Source of the DNA: an uncultured candidate division Zixibacteria bacterium
Lineage (GTDB): Bacteria > Zixibacteria > MSB-5A5 > UBA10806
Assembly (NCBI GenBank): GCA_963817915.1
Contig: CAWFQL010000016.1
Span: 192,001-256,000, forward strand
DNA length: 64,000 bases
Direction of reading: 5' to 3'
Of the stretch, positions 8,870 through 18,171 are shown in pieces. Position numbers and translations under genes: made by a program. Numbering within the stretch: the stretch's first letter is position 1; each line of letters begins with the position of its first letter. Below the pieces are notes generated by a model. It was not told the origin of the DNA, ran no database searches, and worked only from the letters and a program-made list of their open reading frames with translations.

Positions 8870-10474
8870 CTATTCGGCATTCCCCGTGTTCTTTTTAATT
8901 TCCTTGGTAATGATTACTGGTGATGTAGGTTTTCTCCGACCGGGAGATGACAAGTTAGTTGGAGGACAGTCGGCGCAGAATCTAAAATCTGGCCCACCCT
9001 TGTAATAGTTTACCATGTAGGTGACGTCAATACCATTCCTTGCGCAATCACCATTAACATCGCAGGCAACATACAGCCATTCCGGCGGACGGCACTGACA
9101 ACTATCTGGCGGCGGAGCTCCGCCTTTGAAGAAGTTTACCAGATAAATTACATCAAGGCCGTTAGCGCTGCCGCTACCATTGGCATCACCGATCACATAA
9201 TGACAACCACCAGAGTATTGACCGACCCATAGAGTCACGGGAATATCCGTGGTCGGGGTCGCGGGATCATTGGCGGCGATTATTATATGACCTGTATACT
9301 GGCTATCCGCAAGGTCTGTCGCATTGAAAAGAACCGAAACCGTATCAGTGGCGCCGGGCTCGACTGTGCCGGAATTAGGATCGGCTTCAAGCCATTCATC
9401 CGAGGAAATCTTTATCGCGAGATTATCATGCATGTAAGCCGCATTAAAGACAACCGGTAACCCGATTGTGCCATCAATATTTTCGATTCCTACCGTCGAT
9501 CCATTTAGACCGTCGGTATCCTGACCGGGATCCATTGTGCCATACTGCAAAATCAATTTACCGTTTGGATATAAGATCGCCTGGAATGATAAGGCTCCCG
9601 TGCCGCCGCCGCTAGCGTAATAATTCGCGACACCCACGAAGCTTACTATAAATCTGCCATTGGCGGAATCATTATAGTAATAAACATTTCCACCCGCGCC
9701 GGGATTTAAATCGTCCCACCATAGGGCGATTAAATCATTGGGAGTGGATGATGTCGGCAGGTTAGTATTGGCCAAAGAGCTGGAGCCCGAGCCGAATGTC
9801 AGAACACCGTTGGAGCCTACAAATATATCGCCGTAAGTGTTGCCATAGAATGGGAAATTGAAGCCTATCGAGAATGGTCCGCCGTAGGAGTCATCCGCCA
9901 ATGTGACTTGAGTCCCACTGCCGGAGATATCTATCCAGCCAAATACAGGGCCGCCGGGCTCATCGGAATCGATCCATTTGTTTCCAAAAGCATCGGGGCC
10001 GCCTCTATTCTGAATAACGGGCGGATATATTGGCTCTCTGTTCGCGGTTTTATCCTGATCCGCAATCTTATAGCCGATTGGCTTCGTTAACGATAAGGGC
10101 TTTATTGTATTTGATGAACTCTTGCCTGCGAGGCTTAAACTACCATCCACCTGAGTATCTACGCCGTAAATCAACCTGCCCGCGCCGGTATTTCGAATAA
10201 TCAAGGGCACCGACGATTGTTGGCCGCCAACAAGAGTATCGGCTATACTCGATTGCGTAAAATTAATGTCAGGCGAATAGATGAAAATGGTCGCTGGAAT
10301 ATTGCCTGATGGATGATCAGTGTCATTTGAAGTGTAGTTGATGTTGCCCGCGTGGCTGCCAGGATTTAAGATTTGTGCAATTAACATTGACCGCGAAATC
10401 GACACTGTCCAGCGGATCAATTGAACGTTGACCAGGCTCAAATTCGAGCCAGGTATCGGTAGTGCTAAGCGCAA
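8870..10474 (-). CDS. C-terminal part of the C25 peptidase (Ig-like, nidogen-like and dockerin-like domains); joined to 10323-13913 by a +1 frameshift at about 10366
   Basis: GGPDAFG..WIDSDEPGGP, FPFYG...WDDL, and duplicated GDANG/CDVNG...D(V)xY(L/M)VN(F/Y)xKGG motifs. Removing one base restores ...NCTNLNPGSHAG. Confidence 0.8.
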   Translation of the reverse strand: MRLALPIPGSNLSLVNVQLIRWTVSISRSMLIAQILNPGSHAGNINYTSNDTDHPSGNIPATIFIYSPDINFTQSSIADTLVGGQQSSVPLIIRNTGAGRLIYGVDTQVDGSLSLAGKSSSNTIKPLSLTKPIGYKIADQDKTANREPIYPPVIQNRGGPDAFGNKWIDSDEPGGPVFGWIDISGSGTQVTLADDSYGGPFSIGFNFPFYGNTYGDIFVGSNGVLTFGSGSSSLANTNLPTSSTPNDLIALWWDDLNPGAGGNVYYYNDSANGRFIVSFVGVANYYASGGGTGALSFQAILYPNGKLILQYGTMDPGQDTDGLNGSTVGIENIDGTIGLPVVFNAAYMHDNLAIKISSDEWLEADPNSGTVEPGATDTVSVLFNATDLADSQYTGHIIIAANDPATPTTDIPVTLWVGQYSGGCHYVIGDANGSGSANGLDVIYLVNFFKGGAPPPDSCQCRPPEWLYVACDVNGDCARNGIDVTYMVNYYKGGPDFRFCADCPPTNLSSPGRRKPTSPVIITKEIKKNTGNAE

Positions 10475-13400
10475 CTCTTAGGATGGCGTCACCGGTATTA
10501 TGAATTCTTATTGTCTTTTGAATTTGATCACCCTGAGACAAACTGTCCGCTATATTTCCGGGGATAAATGACATGTGCGGGTTGCCCGACGAGCCCTGAT
10601 TATATCCACGCAGAGAAATATCATCGATATTCCAGCCGCAGTACACCACTGATCCGTCTGTCCTTCCAAGTCCAAACCGAATCTTGAAATTCGCATTATT
10701 ATCGGCGGCGGCGGAAAGATCATATTCAGAGCCATTCCAGGATTGTTCATCAAGTGAGGAGCTGGGATTTTCGTAAAGCCGAATCCAGGCCGTCCCGTTG
10801 AATACCTCCAAATAAGCATGGTCATAGGAATTGGATTCAACGCCGAGCCAGTGGTAATAATTTAAAATAACTCCGGTGTAATTCGAGCAGTCGATTGTTG
10901 GCGATGTAATCCACTGAGTAGCGGAAATATTATTGGCGTAATCGCATGACGCGTTAAGATTATTTCCCATTACTCGATTGTCCGTGGACGGGCTATGATC
11001 TTGTGCGGGATCAGGGCCATGAGATCCAGTTCCGCCTATCGCCGGCCCTATCGTCCATTGCGCAGTACCACCAAGTCCGGTCCAACCCAGGTTTGTGGAA
11101 AAATCATCGCTGAAGAAGACGACACGATCACCCACAATAATATCAAAATTCAAGCCTGTTGAATATGTCCCGCCGCCATTTACTTCCATATGGAAAGTCA
11201 TTGAATGACCCATCGGACATGTCGGATCCGCGGAGACCGCAAACCTGTCGGCGTCGTTATTTCCGCTGCCGGCTGGTGCTATATTCCCAAACGATCCATT
11301 AGCATCGCTAATATTAACAAAGGCGTCATTTTCGGAAAGCACGGCGGTGACCGAATTGGCCTGTCCCGAGCCGCCATTATTCAGTGTGACTACCATTGTC
11401 GCACTTTCGCCGGGATCGAGTACGCCATTATTATTTCCGCCGGCATCATATATAGAGACTGATGCGAATGATAAAATAGGCGCGTGAGCAGGCAGGCTGA
11501 AATTGCTAACCCAGGTATCGAGAGCGGTTCCATTTGTTGTCAGCGTAAAATTAATATTATGGCCGTCCGGTATCCTTGACGATACGCTGAACGCGAAAGC
11601 ATTCGACCTGTTTACGACTCCATTATTTCCCGCGATTGTGCCATAATTTTCGGTACTGTCGGTAATTACAATGAATGTATCAGGGCTCGAAAGAATCGCG
11701 GAAACATTGTTGGCGGTATTGGGGCCGACATTCATAAGCTGAAGACTTAGCAGAATATTTTCTCCGCAATCTATCAATCCGTTGTTATTTCCCGAGACGT
11801 CATTTACGGTGCATGTATCGTAGACGACATATGGGCCCGTGGGAGTTATAATTTGAATAGTCGAAACGTATGGAATCTTGTTTTGTGCGGTAACTATAAT
11901 ATCGGCGACGCCCGGAGATGAAAAAGGCGTTAATGGAACTTCAACGGTTCCGCTTTGATCGACATAAGCGGCGCCATGCAAAACTCCATTGACTGTGATG
12001 CCAACATACGAAGCTGGTGTTGCCTGAATTGAAACCGATGTTGCGGTAATCATGATTACCGGTGGATGAGTTACGTTATTGACAGACGGAACTCCCATGA
12101 AAGTGGAAAGCGAAGGATCGCCAAACACATGATAAATTTCCCAATAATAATTGGTCAGACTGCTTCCTGATTCTGTTACTGCCAGGTTACCGCAGTAATT
12201 CATAGCTTCATTGGTGACATAATGCTCTGAGACTTGCTCGCCGTGGTCGTGGAATGTACCATCGTAAGCGCCGATGCCATTTTGTTCATAAGTTGGATTA
12301 CTGTTTACAGGTCCGAATCCGATACCCCACCAATAGTCTTCATTCCAATAGGAGGAATTAGAGCCGCCGATATATCCAACAGCTCCCTTATTGGCAGCCT
12401 GCAACCAAGCTTCGCCCACGCAGGGTGTACTATAATCGGTTCCGAAGGTCGAAGTCAGACAGCAATTACCCACAGCGGTGGTATATTTATGAATATTGGT
12501 CAGACTATTGACATTGGATGTAGAAAATGACGGGTCGGCCCAGCCGTCATGCGAACCATGAGCGGTATAATTGATATATCCAACGCCATTATTAACGGTC
12601 TGGATTATCGCGGCCGAAGCGCCGGGATTGGCCGATTGCGGATATAGCCATGTGTTCGAAGTTATGCCGTGAGCCGCATTAAAATAAAGATTGGTCCCGT
12701 AGTTTATTTGTCCGTTGCCATAAGTGGGCGCATAATTGGCATCAACGCCGGCAATCATTGTAACCCGGCCAAGGTAGCTTGGGTCAGGCATTAGGTATTG
12801 TTCATATTCCAGTGTTTTGTCTATCTGCGGCTGCAATTGGCCTGTAGTTTGCGCCGACCAACGACCATAATATATCTCAGGAATATGGTCGCCCGTAAAT
12901 TCGCAGAAGCTCAAATCGGAGATATGACCTGAAAATTGGAATGGCGGTATCTGCTGAGCATCGCCGACCAAAAGCACAAAAGACGGAGCCGGATCGTCGG
13001 GAGTTCCCTGATTATAGATGGCTTGGATATAATTCTTTATTGCCGTATTAGTCGTGCCGATTGAATCAGTATAGGCCGTGATAACTTTAAAACCCTGCTT
13101 TGTTTTCCATTCGATATATGGTTGTAACTGCGCCTGAAACATCCTATGCGAAATGATCAAGAACTTTACCGGATATCTCGTAATATCTTCCAGAATTATG
13201 GAAGAAGACCCTTCATAATTGATTATCTGCGAATAAGCCGGTTCGAAGAATGGAGAGTAATAACGCTGCTGCATGGATTCTGTTAAGGAATAATCCGGAT
13301 GAAGATAGGTAACCTTAACAGTCATTTTCTTATATACTCTAAGAGTCTTGGTTCCGGGATTATATTCGACTGGAGAGATCGAGACCAGTCCGAGATTCAC

Positions 13401-13913
13401 AGAGCGCATTATGCCGATGATTTGCGAACCGCTCAGCGGCAATTGGTAATAGCCTGCCTTTTGGTATACATCCTGTTTGTATTCGAAACGGACGGTTGAG
13501 GGATCCTGAGACTTGGAGAGCGACGGCTGTACCGGTATGATCGGATCGGTAATCCCAAGGTCCGAGAGAGAGATTTCCTGAATTTCATAGTTCAACACTT
13601 CAGTTTGCATATCAGCATTGAATGGGATTGATATCAGCCTATTGGCCAACGGTAGGTCAGGTTCGCCGATTTTTTGCGAACGAGTAAAACCATCGATGCT
13701 CATCAATGTGAAATTTCCCCGGGAAGTGGAAACGGGGTAAAAATCTATTTTGCCGATTTCCATTTGGAGTGTCAGTCCGGCCTGATCCTGTCTTACAAGA
13801 GTGACGCCGGATGCTGAGCTGCTTAGTTGAATTGATTGACTCGCAAGCGTATTTCCAAAGAGCAGTACGCAAGCGAAAACGGTCAACACCAAACATTGAA
13901 CCAATTTCTTCAT
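10323..13913 (-). CDS. Gingipain-like C25 cysteine peptidase (signal peptide, C25 propeptide, catalytic domain, Ig-like repeats), N-terminal part
   Basis: GEPDLP propeptide motif; YIEWKTKQG, FVLLVGD, IYYGRWS; catalytic His (YTAHGS) and Cys (GNCCLT); GDPS; GGAGG RBS. Confidence 0.9.
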   Translation of the reverse strand: MKKLVQCLVLTVFACVLLFGNTLASQSIQLSSSASGVTLVRQDQAGLTLQMEIGKIDFYPVSTSRGNFTLMSIDGFTRSQKIGEPDLPLANRLISIPFNADMQTEVLNYEIQEISLSDLGITDPIIPVQPSLSKSQDPSTVRFEYKQDVYQKAGYYQLPLSGSQIIGIMRSVNLGLVSISPVEYNPGTKTLRVYKKMTVKVTYLHPDYSLTESMQQRYYSPFFEPAYSQIINYEGSSSIILEDITRYPVKFLIISHRMFQAQLQPYIEWKTKQGFKVITAYTDSIGTTNTAIKNYIQAIYNQGTPDDPAPSFVLLVGDAQQIPPFQFSGHISDLSFCEFTGDHIPEIYYGRWSAQTTGQLQPQIDKTLEYEQYLMPDPSYLGRVTMIAGVDANYAPTYGNGQINYGTNLYFNAAHGITSNTWLYPQSANPGASAAIIQTVNNGVGYINYTAHGSHDGWADPSFSTSNVNSLTNIHKYTTAVGNCCLTSTFGTDYSTPCVGEAWLQAANKGAVGYIGGSNSSYWNEDYWWGIGFGPVNSNPTYEQNGIGAYDGTFHDHGEQVSEHYVTNEAMNYCGNLAVTESGSSLTNYYWEIYHVFGDPSLSTFMGVPSVNNVTHPPVIMITATSVSIQATPASYVGITVNGVLHGAAYVDQSGTVEVPLTPFSSPGVADIIVTAQNKIPYVSTIQIITPTGPYVVYDTCTVNDVSGNNNGLIDCGENILLSLQLMNVGPNTANNVSAILSSPDTFIVITDSTENYGTIAGNNGVVNRSNAFAFSVSSRIPDGHNINFTLTTNGTALDTWVSNFSLPAHAPILSFASVSIYDAGGNNNGVLDPGESATMVVTLNNGGSGQANSVTAVLSENDAFVNISDANGSFGNIAPAGSGNNDADRFAVSADPTCPMGHSMTFHMEVNGGGTYSTGLNFDIIVGDRVVFFSDDFSTNLGWTGLGGTAQWTIGPAIGGTGSHGPDPAQDHSPSTDNRVMGNNLNASCDYANNISATQWITSPTIDCSNYTGVILNYYHWLGVESNSYDHAYLEVFNGTAWIRLYENPSSSLDEQSWNGSEYDLSAAADNNANFKIRFGLGRTDGSVVYCGWNIDDISLRGYNQGSSGNPHMSFIPGNIADSLSQGDQIQKTIRIHNTGDAILRVALSTTDTWLEFEPGQRSIDPLDSVDFAVNVNCTNLKSWQPRGQHQLHFK

Positions 13914-14387
13914 AGAACCTCCGATTTATTGAACCAATTATTCATCGACATAGACCGAGCCTGGAGTCTTTGCTTCTCTTTCCCCCAAACTGTCATTGCC
14001 GGACAGGTTACGAAGATATAACCATCGACTTTTTAGTATAAACAACGTTCCCGTAAAAATAAAGAAAAATTTCACAATTTCCCTGTTCGACTTGCCTCTA
14101 AAACATTAAATACAAGCACGACATTATTTTAAATATCGTCATTTTGGGCAATATTTTAATCATGCCGATTTTCTTTATTTTGTCTGATTTAAAGGCTCAT
14201 TCCGCCTGTCATATCGGGCGGTTTTCGCTTTGCAAAGTTTGGCAGTTAAAAATGCTCTTTGTTTCAAAATGAAAAATGTCGGCCGATCGCTTTTGGGATT
14301 CATATTATTGGGAAAAATGACGAATAGTAAATTAGGAGCCATTGTCCACGAGTTAGATGATGAGCTCTAAAATATGAAAGGTTCGTT

Positions 14388-15248
14388 ATGCTGGCAATAA
14401 TAGGGATTGTTGTTGTAATAGTGGCGGTTGTCGGTGGCTATCTCATGGAAGGCGGCAATCTGTTGGTCCTCTTCCAACCGGCGGAGTTTTTGATTATCGG
14501 AGGCGCCGCTTTAGGTTCGATCTTGATCGCGTTGCCGGTCAAGGTTGTTAAAGACCTCATCTCCCAATTAACAGGCATATTAAAGCCGACTCCCGGCAAG
14601 CAAACTTATACTAACATGCTTGTCATGCTATATGAGATATTTCAAGTGGCCCGAAAAGACGGACTTGTAGCCCTTGAGACACATATTGAAAAGCCGGAAG
14701 AGAGTAAGATTCTGACAAAGTACCCTGAATTCCTTTCTAATCATCATCTGGTCGCATTTTTCGCGGACACCATGAGGATAATAATGTCAGGTTCGGTTCC
14801 ATCATACGACCTCGAAGCATTAATAGATGCGGACCTCAGCACTCATCATACTGAAACCGCTCTTCCACCGGCAGCCTTAAATAGAGTTGGCGATTCATTG
14901 CCGGGACTTGGAATCGTGGCGGCGGTTCTTGGTGTAGTCATTACCATGGGCGCGATAGGCGGCCCGCCTGAGCAAATCGGCGAAAAAGTAGGCGCCGCCC
15001 TGGTAGGAACATTTTTGGGTATTTTGCTATCGTATGGTTTTGTGCAGCCATTGGCCGCTAATATAGAGACAACAAATAATAACAAATCGCAATTCTACAA
15101 TCTTATCAAATCCGCGTTATTGGGTTTCCAAAAGGGAATGGCGCCTTCTATCGCAGTCGAGTTCGCGCGTCGTTCTATACCCTCTGATGTGCGCCCTGGA
15201 TTTGTCGAACTTGAAGAGGCATGCCGCGCTTCAAGAGATAAGGCGTAA
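14388..15248 (+). CDS. motA: Flagellar motor stator protein MotA
   Basis: GGYLMEGG..LFQPAEFLIIGGAA, ARKDGLVALE, LPGLGIVAAVLG, ALVGTFLGILLSYG. Confidence 0.95.
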   Translation: MLAIIGIVVVIVAVVGGYLMEGGNLLVLFQPAEFLIIGGAALGSILIALPVKVVKDLISQLTGILKPTPGKQTYTNMLVMLYEIFQVARKDGLVALETHIEKPEESKILTKYPEFLSNHHLVAFFADTMRIIMSGSVPSYDLEALIDADLSTHHTETALPPAALNRVGDSLPGLGIVAAVLGVVITMGAIGGPPEQIGEKVGAALVGTFLGILLSYGFVQPLAANIETTNNNKSQFYNLIKSALLGFQKGMAPSIAVEFARRSIPSDVRPGFVELEEACRASRDKA

Positions 15249-15251
15249 ATC

Positions 15252-16127
15252 ATGCCTGAAGATACTGGCGACCAGCAACAGATTATAGTCGTCAAGAAAG
15301 GTACTGCCCATGCCGGACATCACGGCGGCGCGTGGAAGGTTGCCTATGCCGATTTTGTGACCGCTATGATGGCATTCTTCCTCGTGATGTGGCTGGTCAA
15401 CCAGAGCCAGGTAATTAAGGATAATGTCGCCGGCTACTTCAATGACCCGGCTGGTTATATGAAAAGCGGCGGTAAATCGATTCTCAAGGGTGGCGGTTCA
15501 ATGCTTAAAGCCCCCGTGGCTCCCAAAGTACAATCAAAGGGAAGCGAGGAAGGCGAGAAAATGCAGAAGCAGCTCGAAGAAGCCGGCGAGAGGATTAAGG
15601 AAGCATTGAGCAAGATGCCTAATTTTGAAGCGCTCAAAAACAATATCGAAATTCGAATGACCCCTGAAGGCTTGAGGATTCAGCTTATTGAAGCGTCGAG
15701 CACCAATGATGATTCGTCTTATTTCTTTGATTTGGGGAGCTCGCATCTTTCCAAGTATGGATCGAATGTTCTCCTGGAGATCGCCAAAGAGCTGGGGCAT
15801 CTTGATAATCGCATAGTAATCGAGGGGCATACGGACAGCCGACAATTTGTCTATGAGAAGAAATATTCCAATTGGGAGCTTTCAGCGGATCGCGCCAACA
15901 GCGCGAGAAAGCTTATGGAGACTCAGGGCCTATGGAAAGATCAGGTGGCTGAAATCAGAGGATATGCGGCGAATTTGCCCCGTATTGCAGAGAATCCACT
16001 GGACGCTAGAAATCGGCGAATCGCAATTATAGTTCTCAAGGAGTTCAAGCCAAAAGATGTAGCCCAGGTGGACAGCGTTTCGACAGTCAGCCTGATTGAA
16101 AAACCAGATGTTATTGGAAAACCATAA
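15252..16127 (+). CDS. motB: Flagellar motor stator protein MotB
   Basis: HGGAWKVAYADFVTAMMAFFLVMWL (conserved Asp); OmpA-like domain EGHTD..NWELSADRA..NRRI. Confidence 0.95.
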   Translation: MPEDTGDQQQIIVVKKGTAHAGHHGGAWKVAYADFVTAMMAFFLVMWLVNQSQVIKDNVAGYFNDPAGYMKSGGKSILKGGGSMLKAPVAPKVQSKGSEEGEKMQKQLEEAGERIKEALSKMPNFEALKNNIEIRMTPEGLRIQLIEASSTNDDSSYFFDLGSSHLSKYGSNVLLEIAKELGHLDNRIVIEGHTDSRQFVYEKKYSNWELSADRANSARKLMETQGLWKDQVAEIRGYAANLPRIAENPLDARNRRIAIIVLKEFKPKDVAQVDSVSTVSLIEKPDVIGKP

Positions 16128-16182
16128 ATCCAATATTTAATAAACTCGCCCGATTCAATATGCCAAATTAGGGATAATAGTC

Positions 16183-16211
16183 TTGACAAGTATACTCATA
16201 TAAAATATTGT
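16183..16211 (+). promoter_or_regulatory. sigma70-type promoter
   Basis: TTGACA-17-TATTGT, 13 nt before ATG 16225. Confidence 0.55.
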
Positions 16212-16224
16212 TTATCAGTATATT

Positions 16225-17007
16225 ATGACAATATCGAGGCTTAAATTATTCGCCGCCATCGTAGTTGCCTTGCTGGATTTTTCTGTACTGCAGGCCGGCA
16301 CAAAATTCACGATTGAAGGTGCATCCGGTTTCAGCTCACCGAATCTGCCATTTTCTGAGAATTGGAATGGCAGAGTGACTAACGAGGGCCTACTGTATCG
16401 CGAATTCGCGCTCAGGGGAACTGCCAAGATTAATTCCCTAATTTCCTTGAGTTTTATGGTCGGGTGGCTCAGGGAAAGAGAGGATTTGCGAGGCATGATT
16501 ATCTCTTATGGAATAGACCACGGTAAGACATCTTTTTTTCCCCCATATTATTCGCTTTTTTCGAGGGAAATCGTATACTATGTCCCATCGATAAGACTAT
16601 CCTCGCAGATAGTCAGACTAGATTTGGGAACGATAATTTATCAAGTTTTCAGGGAAAGCCCTTATAGCCATTTTGAATATCCATTCGATGGTGAACACGA
16701 TTTTAAGCCGGTGTTTGGCGTGGAATTTGGGGAGCCGGGATTTTATGTTTTGGCCAAATATTTTGATGAATTTCCTCTCTATTCGGGCGGCGGGAATTTC
16801 GAAATCGGCCTGGGGGGCAGGTATAACGAAAAGTTCGAGCATAAAATATTTTTCTCGAGAGCTTCGTATGATTATGTGGGAATTGGCTATAGAGGCGAAT
16901 TCGGCCTGTATAAGAATTTTGCGCTGCTTCTGGGACTGACAGCAGGTGGAATAGAAAACAAAAGCCAATACTCCGGCATGATTGGTGTAAGAACTACTTT
17001 AAGATAG
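16225..17007 (+). CDS. Exported hypothetical protein, possibly an outer-membrane beta-barrel
   Basis: Signal peptide (..VLQA); Gly/aromatic-rich amphipathic beta-strand pattern. Confidence 0.6.
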   Translation: MTISRLKLFAAIVVALLDFSVLQAGTKFTIEGASGFSSPNLPFSENWNGRVTNEGLLYREFALRGTAKINSLISLSFMVGWLREREDLRGMIISYGIDHGKTSFFPPYYSLFSREIVYYVPSIRLSSQIVRLDLGTIIYQVFRESPYSHFEYPFDGEHDFKPVFGVEFGEPGFYVLAKYFDEFPLYSGGGNFEIGLGGRYNEKFEHKIFFSRASYDYVGIGYRGEFGLYKNFALLLGLTAGGIENKSQYSGMIGVRTTLR

Positions 17008-17036
17008 ATCAAACAATTATCAATTATTCGAATAAT

Positions 17037-18116
17037 TTGAAAGACATAAATAAATCAAAGCCGCTTTCCTTGGGAATATGGTGGGCAGTTTTTTCTGCGC
17101 TGCTATTCGGCCTGGTCACGCCAATTTCAAAATTATTCCTGTCATATGTCAATCCGATAGGGCTTGCCGGATTATTTTATCTCGGTTCCGGTATTGGGCT
17201 CGGGATAATCTACTTAGGGAATAGAATTTTCCGGTCCGATGATAATACCTCGGAAATTTTATTTACCAAACACAATCTCCCGTGGCTGGCAGGAGCAATA
17301 TTAGCGGGAGGAGTGGCGGCACCGATACTTCTCATGACCGGTATTAACCTTTCGACCGCGTCGTCGTCATCACTGATGCTAAATATGGAAAGCGTGTTCA
17401 CGATTATAATAGCATCGCTTTTGTTTAATGAACGTCTTGAAAAAAAGGGGCTTGTTGGAATCGGCATAATTATCTTGGGAGGAATTCTTCTTTCATGGCC
17501 GGAAAAAATGGAATTCGGATCATTGCAGGGACCGATTTTTATAGCATTCGCCTGTCTGGCATGGGGGATAGACAATAATTTGACAAGGCAATTATCGGCT
17601 GGTGACCCTGTCCAGATAGCTTCGATAAAAGGAATGTCGGCAGGAATTACGAATATTGTTCTATCGTTTATCGTGGGTCTATCGTTCCCTTCGATTGCTG
17701 TAGCGTCCGGTATCGCCGCGGTCGGTCTTTTGGGTTATGGATTCAGTATCGTATTCTTTATAATTTCACTCAGGCATCTTGGCAGCGCCAGAACATCGGC
17801 ATTCTTTTCAGTGGCTCCATTTATAGGCGCGTTGGCTTCATTTTTAATATTAGGCGAACCGTTGACATTAAAATTTACCGGCTCATTCATATTTATGGGA
17901 ATTGGAATTTATCTGCTATTTCTTGAGAAACATCAACATGTACATATTCATGATACTCTGACTCACAGTCATTTGCATGAGCATGACGAGCATCACAAAC
18001 ATGCCCATCCCGATGAAGTCGAGAACGATACTAAACATAGCCACGAACATATCCATGAAAATTTGATGCATTCTCATCCTCATTATCCGGACATACATCA
18101 TCGCCATATTCATTGA
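17037..18116 (+). CDS. EamA/DMT family transporter with His-rich C-terminal tail
   Basis: Two EamA repeats, WGIDNNLT motif; tail HQHVHIH...HSHPHYPDIHHRHIH. Confidence 0.9.
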   Translation: MKDINKSKPLSLGIWWAVFSALLFGLVTPISKLFLSYVNPIGLAGLFYLGSGIGLGIIYLGNRIFRSDDNTSEILFTKHNLPWLAGAILAGGVAAPILLMTGINLSTASSSSLMLNMESVFTIIIASLLFNERLEKKGLVGIGIIILGGILLSWPEKMEFGSLQGPIFIAFACLAWGIDNNLTRQLSAGDPVQIASIKGMSAGITNIVLSFIVGLSFPSIAVASGIAAVGLLGYGFSIVFFIISLRHLGSARTSAFFSVAPFIGALASFLILGEPLTLKFTGSFIFMGIGIYLLFLEKHQHVHIHDTLTHSHLHEHDEHHKHAHPDEVENDTKHSHEHIHENLMHSHPHYPDIHHRHIH

Positions 18117-18136
18117 CAGGCCTGTCAGGTTTGTTG

Positions 18137-18165
18137 TTGCCGGATACGATTATGTTGCATATAAT
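18137..18165 (+). promoter_or_regulatory. sigma70-type promoter of a probably leaderless gene
   Basis: TTGCCG-17-TATAAT, 6 nt before ATG 18172, no SD. Confidence 0.6.
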
Positions 18166-18171
18166 TACTAA

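Noticed and set aside
14240..14289. sigma54 or sigma28 promoter for motA
   Set aside because: GG-to-GC spacing is 11 rather than 10, and the GCCGATCG box lacks a properly spaced TAAA.
14388..16127. Zorya ZorAB or other defence-type stator homologues
   Set aside because: Lengths and motifs are canonical MotA/MotB; there is no long ZorA tail and no zorC/D/E neighbours.
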